Of a stretch of DNA of 64,000 nt, positions 29,041-48,000 are shown in pieces. Position numbers and translations under genes: made by a program. Position 1 is the stretch's first letter, and every line of letters starts with the position of its first letter. Source of the DNA: Antechinus flavipes (Eukaryota); assembly GCF_016432865.1 (NCBI RefSeq), contig NC_067399.1, positions 224,502,001 to 224,566,000 of the forward strand. The letters run 5' to 3'. The notes under the pieces were generated by a model that ran no database searches, was not told the DNA's origin, and saw nothing but the letters and a program-made list of their open reading frames with translations.

Positions 29041-31083
29041 TAAGTTATCTGCTTGTCAAGGGCACTTATCCTGTATTTGGCAAAACAAGGCCTCGGCTAG
29101 CTTTTAATAGTTCATTTCTAAGACATTGGTGATATCTGCATTTTATTTTATTTTATTTTATTTTATGCTAGTCACCTTTTAAAGGAGGATTCTTAAAAAC
29201 TAAAAATCCTTTTCTTTATTTTTAACCTCAAAGGAATATCAGACACACAGTGATAAGCATTGGAGGAAATATTTCAGAGCAAGACATCTTATCCCTTTGT
29301 GTCTTCTCCCTACTTGTGAACCTGGCCCTATCTTTTAAGATTCTCCATTTCTAGATTTTAGGATATTGTTTCCTAGTTTTTTAAAGCCAGATACATATTT
29401 GGGAAGGGCATCTAGTAATCCATGAGGATTTGTCTATCCAGAAGCACATAATATTACACCTCCCTCATTTTATATAAGGAAACTATGAGATGAAGTAATT
29501 TTGATAAAAATTAATCATTTAATGGTAATGCTGGAACTAGATTCCATAGATTCCCTTTCATCTGATTCATAGGATATTCAACTGTCAGCCATCTTTCATT
29601 ATTTTTGCCACAGTTGTGATCGCCTTCATCTCCACCATAATTTTGAAACACAGAATGTTGCAATAATATCAAGATTATTTTTGTGTCAAATGGAAGAGTT
29701 CCAATCAGAAACCATTGGGAAGTGGTTTATGGGAAGAATAGGGTTTATGATTATGCAGAGCATGTGATTCCTCTGATCTACCAGACCCCAGTCTCCTTCC
29801 ATCTTGTTTTAGGAAATTCTTAAGTCAGGGCTGAACTTTGTGAACTCAGTCTAGTCATACTCTGCCTAGATGGCAGAGACACTTGTGGGAGGAAGGCCAG
29901 ACTGTTTCCTTAAGGAGAAGAAGGAGAAGTCTCAAAAGGGAGGATTAGGCTGGGAGGAGGGGGGAGAGAACCACCGGGAGAGAGAGAGGAAAATACAAAG
30001 TAAAGTATGTTAATCAGTCTCTAGATTACATGAAAGCTAAACTCTGTTTCTAAGGTTACTTGACTGCCCCTTCCCTGATTCTTGCAGTAAAGGTTAGAAG
30101 ATTAGAGTATCAGCAAGAGCACTTCTCCGCACCCACAAAGTTCTAGTGCTTTCCTTGTTTTTTTCTCTCTTGTACTGATCTCGGCTCTCTCATATTTCCC
30201 CCTGTTCCACATGCAGCACCTATAGCATTTAGTCATTGGTTTTCCCTAAATTGTTAGTTTTCTCCTGGGCAAACATGAATTTCCTGATGCCAACAGAGGT
30301 CTGGTATAATCTGTGAGATTAAAGAAGTGCCGTTTCCTTCTGCCTGTTCTCTTACCTCCTTTAGCCTAGTGTCAAGTGGTGCCCTACGAGAAACCTCCGC
30401 TGTCTGGGAATATTCCTGTACCCTGGTGTTCCCTCTGCCATTCACCCACTCCTAGGCCTCTCTGGGCTTGGTTTAACTTTGTGGCCATAGGGGTCACTGC
30501 TCCCCAGCTGTCAGGGGAACTCAGGCTTTAAAGATTAATTCTATGAAAGGCTGGAATGGAACTTTACTCTTTAGTTGTGGGAATTTGTTCACGCCCCCAT
30601 CCTTGGCCCCACCTCAGCCAACTTAAAAGATCAGATCCTTAGTCCCTTGTCAGAACTCTAATCAGAGGAAGCTTGACAGCTCTTGCCACTTGACCAGCCA
30701 AGCTGAACTTCTGTAGCAGGATCTCATCTCCAGGTGTGTGTCTGCCCCTAGGAAAGTCACTGTCATGTCTGCCTTCCCTTGATCTTCCTTCCTTCTCCAG
30801 GTCTGAGCCCCTCAGCTTCACCAGTACTCTTCTATGTTTCTGCAAAGGGAGTAGTTCTGAGAGTTGGAGGAAGGGGGGCCATATTGTGACTGGGGATGTA
30901 AAGAGTAGCGTTTGTAGCGGAGAATTGCAAGGACATGGAGTTACTTCAGGAGGATACTGAAAAGAGACATCAAAGGGGTCGAGGAGGACATCGAGAGGTT
31001 GGGAGCTTGTGACCAGAAGTACTGATTGAAACAATGAAATGGTTAATCTTACCCTCCCATTCCCTGCTGGGGTCTGGCGCCAG

Positions 31084-31287
31084 ACGGCCTCCACCGCCGT
31101 GGTGAACTGTAATTCTTGGTCCTGTGCTGTGTTGACTTTTGTCTCGCTGTTGGAGTGGCGACCCTCCAAGGGCTTTGCGTTTGAGCAGATCCGTAGCTCC
31201 TCGCCAGGCCTGATGGCTCCTCTCCTACCTTTGTGCTGGCTTTCTGCCCTACTCCATCATCCTCTAGCCTGTACTACAGAGACATAG
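31084..31287 (+). other. SLC5A6: Putative non-coding 5'UTR exon of SLC5A6
   Basis: Acceptor ...ggcgccag| at 31083, donor TAG|gtatat at 31288, local CpG retention. Confidence 0.45.
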
Positions 31288-31576
31288 GTATATAACATCT
31301 GTCTGCTCTCAAGTCTTTCTGTAGTCCAAGGCTTCAGGCATGGGAAGCACCAAGGGGACTGGGAGTGAGAGGAGGAGGACTGGCCTGACTTGGTATGAGT
31401 TCCCTTGACAGGATTCCCTGATTCCCTTGACAGCTTGGCTTCTACCATGCCCCCCGGCAGAGGAGGAGAACTGTGAGGAGAGTGATTGGGCACCAGGTTG
31501 TAGTTGCAATCCATCTTTTGCCTTTGCCCGGCTGGAAAGCATTGCAGAATCTGTGAGGGATACCTAGGTACAGGGC

Positions 31577-38809
<7,233 letters not shown>

Positions 38810-41800
38810 CCTGGGAGCAGAACAGGATCTGCTGTCTTTGTTTCTCCATCCACCCACAAGGCAAATGCATAATGCATCAACCCTCTCCCAGTAAACCAAG
38901 AGTGAGCCAGTGTCTGCTCCAGCAGGGAAATCTGAGCCTGGTGATCTAGTGTGCACCAAAGAACCTCACGATAAGATTTTCTGTCACTCACCATCTTGTT
39001 ATTTCTGATTATTGTTGGACTTTCTCATGCTCCTAAGCAGAAAGGAGTCTATGCAGAAGAGGAATCAATTATTGTCTCCAAGGAGATTAAAAGGGATCTC
39101 ACGGGAAATGGGTTTAACTTCAAACCTTCCATTTCCCGCAAGTGTAACTTCGTACACCAATCCAAGACCTGGATGACAAGTTGCCAATGACCCAGCCCCA
39201 ACAGCCCCCAAAAGACACAAAATTCTCCAGACAGAGACATGGTCCGGTCCCCAGGACCTCCCTGTGGTGGAAAACACGTCTGTTTTGCTCCTGTTGCTAA
39301 TCAGAACTAAAGGGTTTCATAGGCCCTGGTAGGTAGGTTAGACTGGTAGATGAAGCTTCTAGCATACTCTAAAGGAGCAAATGAGGTAGGAGAGGCCCTG
39401 AGTAGAGGCCCAAGCAAAAAGCACTGACTAGCTGGCTTCTGTCTGCCCTCTAACTGATCCTGGTCTCCCATCAGTGGTCCCGATTGGTCTATCGCTCCGT
39501 GCCATCCCCCGGAATGTCATTCTGCCTCTTGTTGAGGTTTCTTCACATATGGGGAATACAGTTCTTTTACCTGGATTCATCTCACCACCTCTTTATTGCA
39601 GCTGTCTTGGGCCCACTCTGAAGGCACTTCTTTTTATGGTATAAATACTATAAAAGCCGTCACTGGGAAACTCATTTCCCAAGTCCTCTTTATTCCCTGT
39701 CCTTTCGGTTGCCTTCCTTTTTTCAGTCCCTCTTCTTCGTCTTGGTCAATGGCTCGGGCCTTCCTTGCTGATAAGCAGAAGCTCTTAGGAGCCAGGCCTG
39801 CACTTGGAGAGGGGCTCTTTGGCCCCATGATAAGATTTAAACGGTCATTCCCTTCAGCCCCAGAAAATGTGACAATCAGATCCTAAGTAGGGGCAAGGTC
39901 AGGGTTCTCCCCCCCACAATCCCCCCCTACTGTCCTACCTCTGATCTGGCACACCTACTATCTGCCTTCCCTCGAGAGAAAAGAGTTCATGTAGTGTGTG
40001 ACGTCCTGAAGTAAGGAGTCCATGACTCTCTTGAGACTTGAAGCAGATAGATATATTTACTGAGAAGGTTAAGGGAGAAATAGGCAGTTGAAGAGACTTC
40101 CCCACCCCAAACTAAGCTAGCTAATTCTAACCCTTCTGTTATTCCCTGGAAAGATTGCTCCCCTGTCCTTCATCCCTGGAGTGTGCATTGCCAAACTTTC
40201 TCCCCCTTCAAAATCCTCCCCCCTCATTCTCCCCAGCCCAGGCCATCTTGGCCTAATGAAGAAGATGTAGCTATTCAACTTTTAAAAATAGAATATTTGA
40301 GCTGGACTTTTATGGTCTTGGAGTGAGGAACACTGTGCTCACACCCTCCTCCCACACCTGGACACTCCACAGCCCCCAATTCCCTCCCACCCCCAGTGCA
40401 GCTGCCTGAGAAGCAACTCCATCCAAGCTCCCCATAGCCTGGTCCTAAGCAGATTTATGAGTTTAGCCTTGGCTGAGGCCTCCTTCTCATGGCTTCCAGC
40501 CATGTCTCAACTGCTCCTCCACATCCTGGGCAGCCCCAGAGCTCAAACTCTCCCTGTTTCCTCTTTTACCCCACCTCAATAATCTGATCTTTCTCCTCCA
40601 GCCTCATTCTTCTCTGTGCCCCTGACCCCTAAATTTGTACCTTCATCTTAGAATTCAGGTCTATGGCCTCTTTGGTCTTAAGTATTGAAATAAATGTTCC
40701 TTAATGTTCCCATACCTCTGTAACAGCTTCTATGTAAGGACCAGTTTGGAGGAGACTAAAATCTCTCTTCCATCCCTATGCCCCATCAGACCCTTAGAAG
40801 GTTTTGGGCTGAGGGCTGATCCTGAGAATAATACTGCCTCCAAATGTGCTTTGGGCTCCGTTTCATGTTACTTTACAGGGAGAGAACTTCTTGGTTGTAG
40901 TGACCACCAGTGCAGGTCAGGATGAACCTGCAGAGTAACATTTGTCCTGTTAGAGAGAGGCCTAATGTGGTTGGCAAGTGCACTGGTTCTAGAATCACTT
41001 GACAGAGATTTGTAGGATTCAAGTCCTACCTCAGATGCATGCGACTTTAGGCAGTCACAACCTCCCTGGAACTTAATTTCCTCAACTCTTAAAAATGTGT
41101 TAGACTAGATGGTCCCTGAGGGCCCTTCTAGTTTGGGGTTTAGGATCTAGTAATACTGAAGTAGATAGACAACGCAGCTGGGAAATTGGAAATGTAAGAG
41201 CTGAGGATTTGTTTACATGTAAATTTGATTTGCAGAGGAAGGAAAAGGAATGGAGAAGGAAAGTGGCAGAGTTCAGTAAAGGACAAAAATGGACATTTAG
41301 GGCCTATATCTGGAAGAGTAAGAAGTAAGAATTTGTGAATGTCCTGCTAATGAGGGCTATCTATCTGGTCACCTTCAATTTGGTTTACATTAGAACCAAC
41401 TATAGTACACTCTTCCATCATTCCAGTGATGCTTCTTTGGTCCTTGGGTCAAAATTGGTGCTTAGTTCTTATTACAGTTTTGAACTTGGCTAAGATGCAT
41501 TGAACAGCCTCCTTTCCTTAATTCTCATTGGAGCTGAATGTCTTGCTACACCTGCCATCCAAGTCCTCTCCATCTTTGCCCTTGGCTATTCTCAGGTTGC
41601 AAAGAATTAAGATCTTCACAAAGAAGACAAGAGGGAGAGATGTTTTTGAAGATTCCATCTCTCCAACATGATAATAAACATCCAAAGCTGTCAATCCCAA
41701 CAATGGGAACTGAGTCCCTCTGAAGCTATATTTCAGAGCCAAGTCCCAGTACTTCTGCCTTCAACTGCCCTGTTGCCCCTTAAGCCAAAAAATCCCCCTC

Positions 41801-41983
41801 CCTGCTCACTCCCTAAGCCCCAACTTCATAAGGAATGTGTATGTACCGGGGAATTCTGAAAGCAGACTCTGAAATGGACCTGGTAGGCTAGAAAGTCATA
41901 GAAGGGATAATAAGTAAGGCCAGATTGAGGGAGTTGGCCCTTTCACTAAGTTAAGGGGCCAAGCACAGGGAAAACAAATGAAA

Positions 41984-44900
41984 TTATTTGCCGCTGCGAG
42001 TTGGTGAGACTGGCTTGGGAGGAATGAATTCCACCTCTCCAGGGACTTGGGGGCTGATTGCTGATTCCCACATTCTCTGGCCAGGAGCACTGGTAGTAGG
42101 AGGGTCAAGGCCAGATGGCCCCAAGGCTCCAGCATAGAGGCGAGATCTCATTGGCCATTTCTGCAAGACATGAGGATAGGAAATAAGTAATGTTAACAAT
42201 ACATGTAACAGAAACCTCAAATCATCTTCTTGCAGATCCTGAACTCTTTGAACTCAAATCCAACCTTCCTTTAATATCTCTACCTCATTAAACTTCATGC
42301 ACCCCATGAAATTACTTTGCTTTTAATTTGTATTTACATCTATATCAATGTGATGTTCTCCCACTCTCCCCGGGAAAAGCAAGCTCAGGAGGACTGGGAC
42401 TGATTCAGTTGTCTTTTGTTTCCCTAGTACCTGGCACACAATTGATTAAGTGCTGGTTGAAAGGTCAAATTAAAACTGATAAGAGACTCAACCTGAAATT
42501 CCAAAAGCAGGTAGAGAATGAAACTCCACCCACTCTGAAGACAATGCTTGGGCCTGGCAAAGTTGACACTAGTTGGAGGTCATGAGGAGCCTATATCCAC
42601 CTTGAGGTCATTAAATGAGTACCAGAATTCTGCCTAATGTAACTGGCCAGTGAAAATTTGGTACCTGTTGTCCATTCCCTGTACTGCTCCATCCCAAACC
42701 TTTCTCATGGGGTCCCTGAGTAAGGAGAAGCCTGAGCCTCTATCCCTTTGACATAGCTCATCAGAGATTCATAGAATTTAAGGGTTAGGAGGGACTGTGA
42801 CCATCAAGTCTAACTCACTCCTAAAAGAATCCTCACTAATGTTTTCATCAACTATTCTTGAAGGCTTTCTGGTGAGGATCCACTTATCCATTCTGGAATT
42901 AATCTAGTCTGCAATTGGATTGCTCTAATTATTAGGCAGTTCTTCCTGAATTTGACTAAATTCTCTAATTGTTAATTTTAAGGCAATGGTTCTGGAGCCA
43001 AATAGTTATCATCTCCACAGCCATTCTCAAAATGTGGCCCCAGGACCAAGACCCTTTCAAGGTGGTATACAAGAACAAAACTTTTTATAATAAAAAATTT
43101 TTAACTTCCAAAGCAAACTGCAAATATAGATAGATCTAACCCAAATAAACAAGTTCTTTGGAGTCCTTAAGTAGCTTAAAGAGTAAGCAGATCCTGAGAC
43201 CAAAAAGTTTGATAACCATTTGCTACAAAGGAAAAAACATTTGTTTCAGTGTTAGAAACCCTGGGTTTGAGCCCCACCTTTTCCACTTGGAAACCACTTC
43301 CCTTACTGAAGCCAAGTTTTCTCATCTAGAGAATGAGGAGGTTGGCGTTTTCTAATATATGAAGCCTTTTTCTTTAGCTGGATGAAAGGTAGAATGAGAT
43401 GGTAGCCCATCCCTTTCCCTACCTCTTTAACTAATCAAGTCAATTGCATTACCTATGTTATGTCAGGATTATCATTCAAAATTCTCACCCCTTTGGACTC
43501 AGATTCTTGGCTTTGAGTTTAATTTTCCTACTCCAGAACTTCCAGGTAATTTGTCTACTAACAGCTCACCACCTTTCATGTTTTTAGATAATTGTTAGGG
43601 TTATGTGAAAAATGGTGGTGGGGGCGTAGGGCATAGAGAGTTAGACTTAGAGACAGGAAGACTTGTCAAATCTTGCTTTCTATACTTAACAAATTTTGTG
43701 AACCTGGACAATTCACACACTCTCTAAGGCTCAGTTTTTCTATCTATAAAATGACAATGACAATAGTTATCTCATAAGGTTGTTTTGAGGATAGGATATT
43801 AATGAAAAATGCTTTGAAAACCTTAAAGCGCAATATAATATTTTTTTTTTAAGAAGAAAGAAAGAAATCTCTCCCCTTAACTAATCTGGCAATGGGCCTT
43901 ACCAAACTTAGGCAGGGCCTTGGGATAACAGAGACAGTGTCCAGAAAGTTTCTCCAGCCCAGGAGGACCACTCAGAGATTGCTCCCTACTACGCACAAGC
44001 TTTGAGAATGATAATGGTATATCAAGCTATTTTTCTAAATCCAGTGTTACAACTCTGTCAGGATAAGGCTTCAGAATAGGGCTTTAGTGGAAGAAGTTTT
44101 TTAATAAACTCAAATATTTTCTTGATGCTATTTAATTTTAAAAATCATCAGAATAGTGTCATAAATAAGGCTACAGTTAAGTTTCTGGGCTGACACAGTT
44201 GACCCCCACCCAATACGGTTTTCCAGGAATAAGAGCTGCCCCTTGCCCATACTCTACCGCCTGTGTTCTGAGGAGAGAGAGCTGCTGTGGACAGAGATGT
44301 GCTGGGTAAGCGCCTTGGTCCCCAAACCTGTTTTCCAGCAAAGGAGGGCTGTACAGTATTGTTAGGAAATAATTACTGGGAGCCGGCCAGCCAAGTGTTT
44401 TCCTAGCTATCCTTCTCAGACAGGGTCGGCCTCAGAGCTGCAAGAGACCACGGAGGCCGTCTAATCCAGGACTTTCATTTGAGAGAAAAGGGCGTTGAAG
44501 CCTCGAGGAGCAGCCCCCGGTCACCTTTTCACTACAGCCGCTCCTCTTTCTGAAATCTGTTCTTGGTTCCTCCCCACAACCCACCAAGCCCCTGCCTTCT
44601 CAGCCTTCCCACCATGCCTGAACCTGCCAGGGTGTTTGCCAAGAAGAGCCCGCTGTCTCAGGTCCCCTTCACCCCCTCCCAGGGAGAAGAGTCTCGCAGT
44701 TACCTTGAGAGGGTGCAGGTAGCGGAGCCCACGCAGGAAGGGGGGCCAGGCTGCCCCCGGCAGCTCCTGGCCCAGCGCTTGGGTGAGGTGGGCTATGTAG
44801 CTCGTGGCCAGGACGAGGACATCCAGTTTCGAGAGCTTCGTGTCCGGGGGCACTGCCGGTAATGCTGCTTGCAGAGCCAGAAAGGCCTGGCGCAGAGTCC

Positions 44901-45789
44901 TTACTCTACTCCGCTCCCGGGCTGCATTCTCTGGGCTGGACTCGCCCTGTGTAGGGGCCCAGGACAGAGAATTAACGCTGCCGTCCTTCCTCCCAAGTGG
45001 GCTATTTGGCTCCTTTCTCTCCCTGTGCCAGCCCATGGCACCTCCTCCCAAAACCTAGTTCTCAGCCTCTGACTGACAATGAGCCCCATTCTGAAGCTCT
45101 GAAACTCAGGCGTTAGGCTTAGGTGAGCTGCGGAGAGGTGAATGACAGTGGCAATAATCACCAGCGTTTCGATATTACTTTGCATTTTACAAAGTTCATC
45201 CCTCCTACCGTGGTATGGTGGGTCACACAAGCACTATGAGCTCCACTTTACAGATGGGAAAATGGAATCCCTCAAAGGGCCGACATGATTTGCCTGGGTC
45301 AGCCGGGGCAAGGCTGGGATCTGGACTCCCCGGCCAGCCCTTTCCCAGTGTTCCGTGCCAGAGCAGGTGCCCGCCGTGCCAGCGGTGAGCCCTCTCGAGG
45401 AGGGCAGCGCTAGCGAGGTCTAGCTCCAGCCCTCCAACATGGCACCTTGCTGCCACCCTCCTGCCGTAGCCTCCACTTGGAGGCTCTCCTCGCCCGACTC
45501 CCGCCAGGCCCATCTTCCCCCGCCCTGGCGAGTCAGACCGCCGTTGACCTTCTCTGGGGATGCCCTTTCTCCTTACCCTGCCAACGGCCAAGCTCCTGGC
45601 CCTGGGATTATGGATGGCGGGGCCCGGTCTGATCCATCTCTGGCTGCCCCAGCTAGTCTCCCCCCACAGTCCCTGCTTGGCCTTCATCAGGCGGCCCCGC
45701 TTCCTGTCAGTGCCCAGCGCCAGCCCAGGTCCGCCGGGGCCGCCCAGGCCAGGCATCCTGGGAGAAGCCCTGGCTTCTCTCTGCGTCAT
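41984..45789 (-). CDS. TCF23: Transcription factor 23 (bHLH, OUT); 210 aa
   Basis: Exons 45577-45789 ([14 protein letters not shown]...AVGR|gtaagg), 44704-44946 (b[54 protein letters not shown]...HPLK|gtaact), 41984-42160 ([11 protein letters not shown]...); all phase 0. Confidence 0.96.
43018..43220. mobile_element. Non-autonomous hAT/Charlie-like DNA transposon fossil (MER-type)
   Basis: Degenerate inverted ends cagccattctcaaaatgtgg ... gagaccaaaaagtttgataaccatt typical of MER3/MER33-like elements; recognised by eye only. Confidence 0.5.
43600..43830 (+). mobile_element. MIR SINE in TCF23 intron 2
   Basis: tgtgaacctggacaattcacacactctctaaggctcagtttttctatctataaaatg core. Confidence 0.7.
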
Positions 45790-46700
45790 GTCACCCTGCC
45801 GGGATGGGTGCTGCCCACCGCGCAGGGAAGCAGCTCCCGTGTGGGCCCCTGGGCTGGGGCTGGCCGGAGCTGGATGGTCAGCTGGCCAGGAGTGTCTTTA
45901 TCTGTGGGAGCTGGCGCCAACTCGGCCCCGCTCCACTCCTCGCTCTGGGAAAACCGCCCACCCAGCCCATCCCCCTCAAGAACCTCCTGCTTGCCTTGCA
46001 CCCCAGCCTGGGCAGGGGGAGGACATTGTGAGCTGGGGGGGGAGGAGGCTGATGTCCATGGGAGTGGCTAGGCACGGGGAGGGGGTGCTGAGGGAGGCTG
46101 GAGGGTAGATGGGAGCTGGAATCCATCCCCCTTCGTCAGGCCCCACTCTGAGAGGATTCTTGTGGTGGCCTTGGAGCTCGGCTTTGGGACACCAGTCCTG
46201 CCTGCTGGAGTTCAGATACTGAGACCCAACTCCTCCCCCAGCCCGCTCCCCCAAATCCCATCTAGTTCTTGGGAAATGGTGTCTCAGGACTGCGGAGCCC
46301 GGGAGGAAGTTCTCCTGTCTCCCTTCAAGGGAGAGCGTTCTTTCCCCTCACTCGGCAAGCATTTACTAGGCTTACCGGGAGGCTGGGGCATGCTCCTGCC
46401 CTCAAGGAACTTCCCCAGCCGAGGGGAGAGGCAGAAGGGGCAGCCACGCGTCAAGTGTGACACAATTTGGGCCTCCAGATCTAGAGAAAGTACAGAGAAA
46501 ACGTGGCCAGAGTTTCAGAGGACTTGGATCTAGGCAGGCTGCGTGGAGGAGGTGCTTCCTAAGCCGGACCTTAAAAAATGTCTTCGGGAAGGGCCAGCTG
46601 AGAAACAGAACTCGTTCCAAGCGTGGAGGGGAGGGGAGGTGGGGGCATGGGTTAGCCGCCAGGTAAATGCCCGAATGTAGGAGGTGGCTTGGAGTGGGAA
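44440..46700 (-). promoter_or_regulatory. TCF23 GC/CpG-rich region (exons 1-2 and promoter)
   Basis: High GC and CpG; minus-strand GATAAA at ~45898-45903 and GGGCGG at ~45953-45958 upstream of the ATG at 45789. Confidence 0.6.
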
Positions 46701-47099
46701 CAGCCAGTTTGGCTAGAATGCAGAGTGCAGGAAAAGGAGGGGTGGGAAACAAAGATGGAAAGAGAGGTTAAGGTGGATCACAAAGGTCCTCCAATGCTAG
46801 GGAAAGGGTTTTCTATTTTTTCCTGGAGGCTGTAAGTCACTGGAGGCTTTTCTTTAGAGCAATGATGGGGTTTCTTTCAGATCCTGGGAAAGTTCTTTTG
46901 GTTTGTGTGTGTGTATTTTTAATGTTCAATACATGTAAAGACAGTTTCCAACACTGATTTTTGTAAGACTTTGTGTTCCAAGTTTTTTCTCCCTCCTCCC
47001 CAAGATAGCAAGCAATCCAATATAGGTTAAACATGTGCAATCCTTTTAAACACATTTCCATACGGTCCAAACATATTTCCATAAACATATTGCTGGGAA

Positions 47100-48000
47100 A
47101 GTTGTTTTGACAGCTAAGTGAAGGATGGATTGGAAATAGGGGAGAAGCTAGAAAGGCTGAACATATGGAAGACAACTGAGAGGCTACGGCAAGGATCCAG
47201 GTAAATGGATAATGAGGTCTTAAACTAGGATGGTGGCCATGAAAGTAGAAAAAGGCAGAGGCAAAAGACACTGTAAAGAATCTGCAAGACTTGGAAAACT
47301 ATTTTACATGGGAATTAAAGGATTTCAAACCAAGGTATATATGGTGATACCTGCTACAGAATTAGGGAATTTGTAGAAGGGGCAGGTTTGAGAGTAGGAT
47401 GATGAGCTCTATTTTGATTATATTGAATTTGAGGTGCCATCAGGTGAAGGTATCAGGCAGACAATTAGTAAAAGCAGAGTAAAATTTAGAAGAGAAATTA
47501 GGATGGGAGATATAAAGTTAGGGGTCATCTGCATAGTGGTGAAAATTGAAGTTATGGAAGTTATGGGGCTCACCGGGGAATGTCAGGAGAAAAGAGAAAA
47601 GTCTCGGGATGAATCTTTGAGAATAAACCATTCTTAGGGAGCAAAAGGTTTTGATGGAGAATCACGTGAGAAAAGAGAAAAGGTCTCAGGATGAATCTTT
47701 GAGAATAACCCATTCTTAGGGAGCAAAAGGTTTTGATGGAGAATCACGTGAGAAATGACAGGGCAGAGAGGAGAATTAGAAAAAAAAAAAGAATATCACA
47801 TGAAAGGTGTACATTTACAATATCAAAAGTGTAGAAGTCAAAGAAGTAGAGGATGAGAAAAAGCCATTGGATTTAGAAGTTAAAATCATCGCCTTGGAGA
47901 GCAGTTTCTGTACAAAATGATCAGAAGCCAGACTTGCAAGGTTGCAGTGAGGAAGTCGAGAGTGTAGCCAACTTTCAAGGAGTTGAAAAGGAATACTAGA
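47100..48000 (-). mobile_element. L2 LINE fossil upstream of TCF23
   Basis: gatgagctctattttgattatattgaatttgaggtgccat...ggagatataaagttaggggtcatctgcatagtggtgaaaattgaag. Confidence 0.6.
47587..47755. repeat. Tandem duplication of an ~81-bp unit (2 copies plus a few bases)
   Basis: gagaaaagagaaaag(g)tctc(g/a)ggatgaatctttgagaata...ttttgatggagaatcacgt at 47587-47667 and 47668-47749; about 3 differences. Confidence 0.95.

Noticed and set aside
29540-29760. Possible coding or RTE-LINE fragment in SLC5A6 intron 1
   Set aside because: Only a faint resemblance over about ten residues; cannot be supported by eye.
30639-31169. 176-aa minus-strand ORF in SLC5A6 intron/UTR
   Set aside because: No recognisable motif, no supporting splice or poly(A) signals, low-complexity composition.
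45223-46108. 210-aa and 182-aa Pro-rich plus-strand ORFs as possible PRR30
   Set aside because: They overlap TCF23 exon 1 antisense in GC-rich DNA and lack any PRR30-like conserved segment that I recall.
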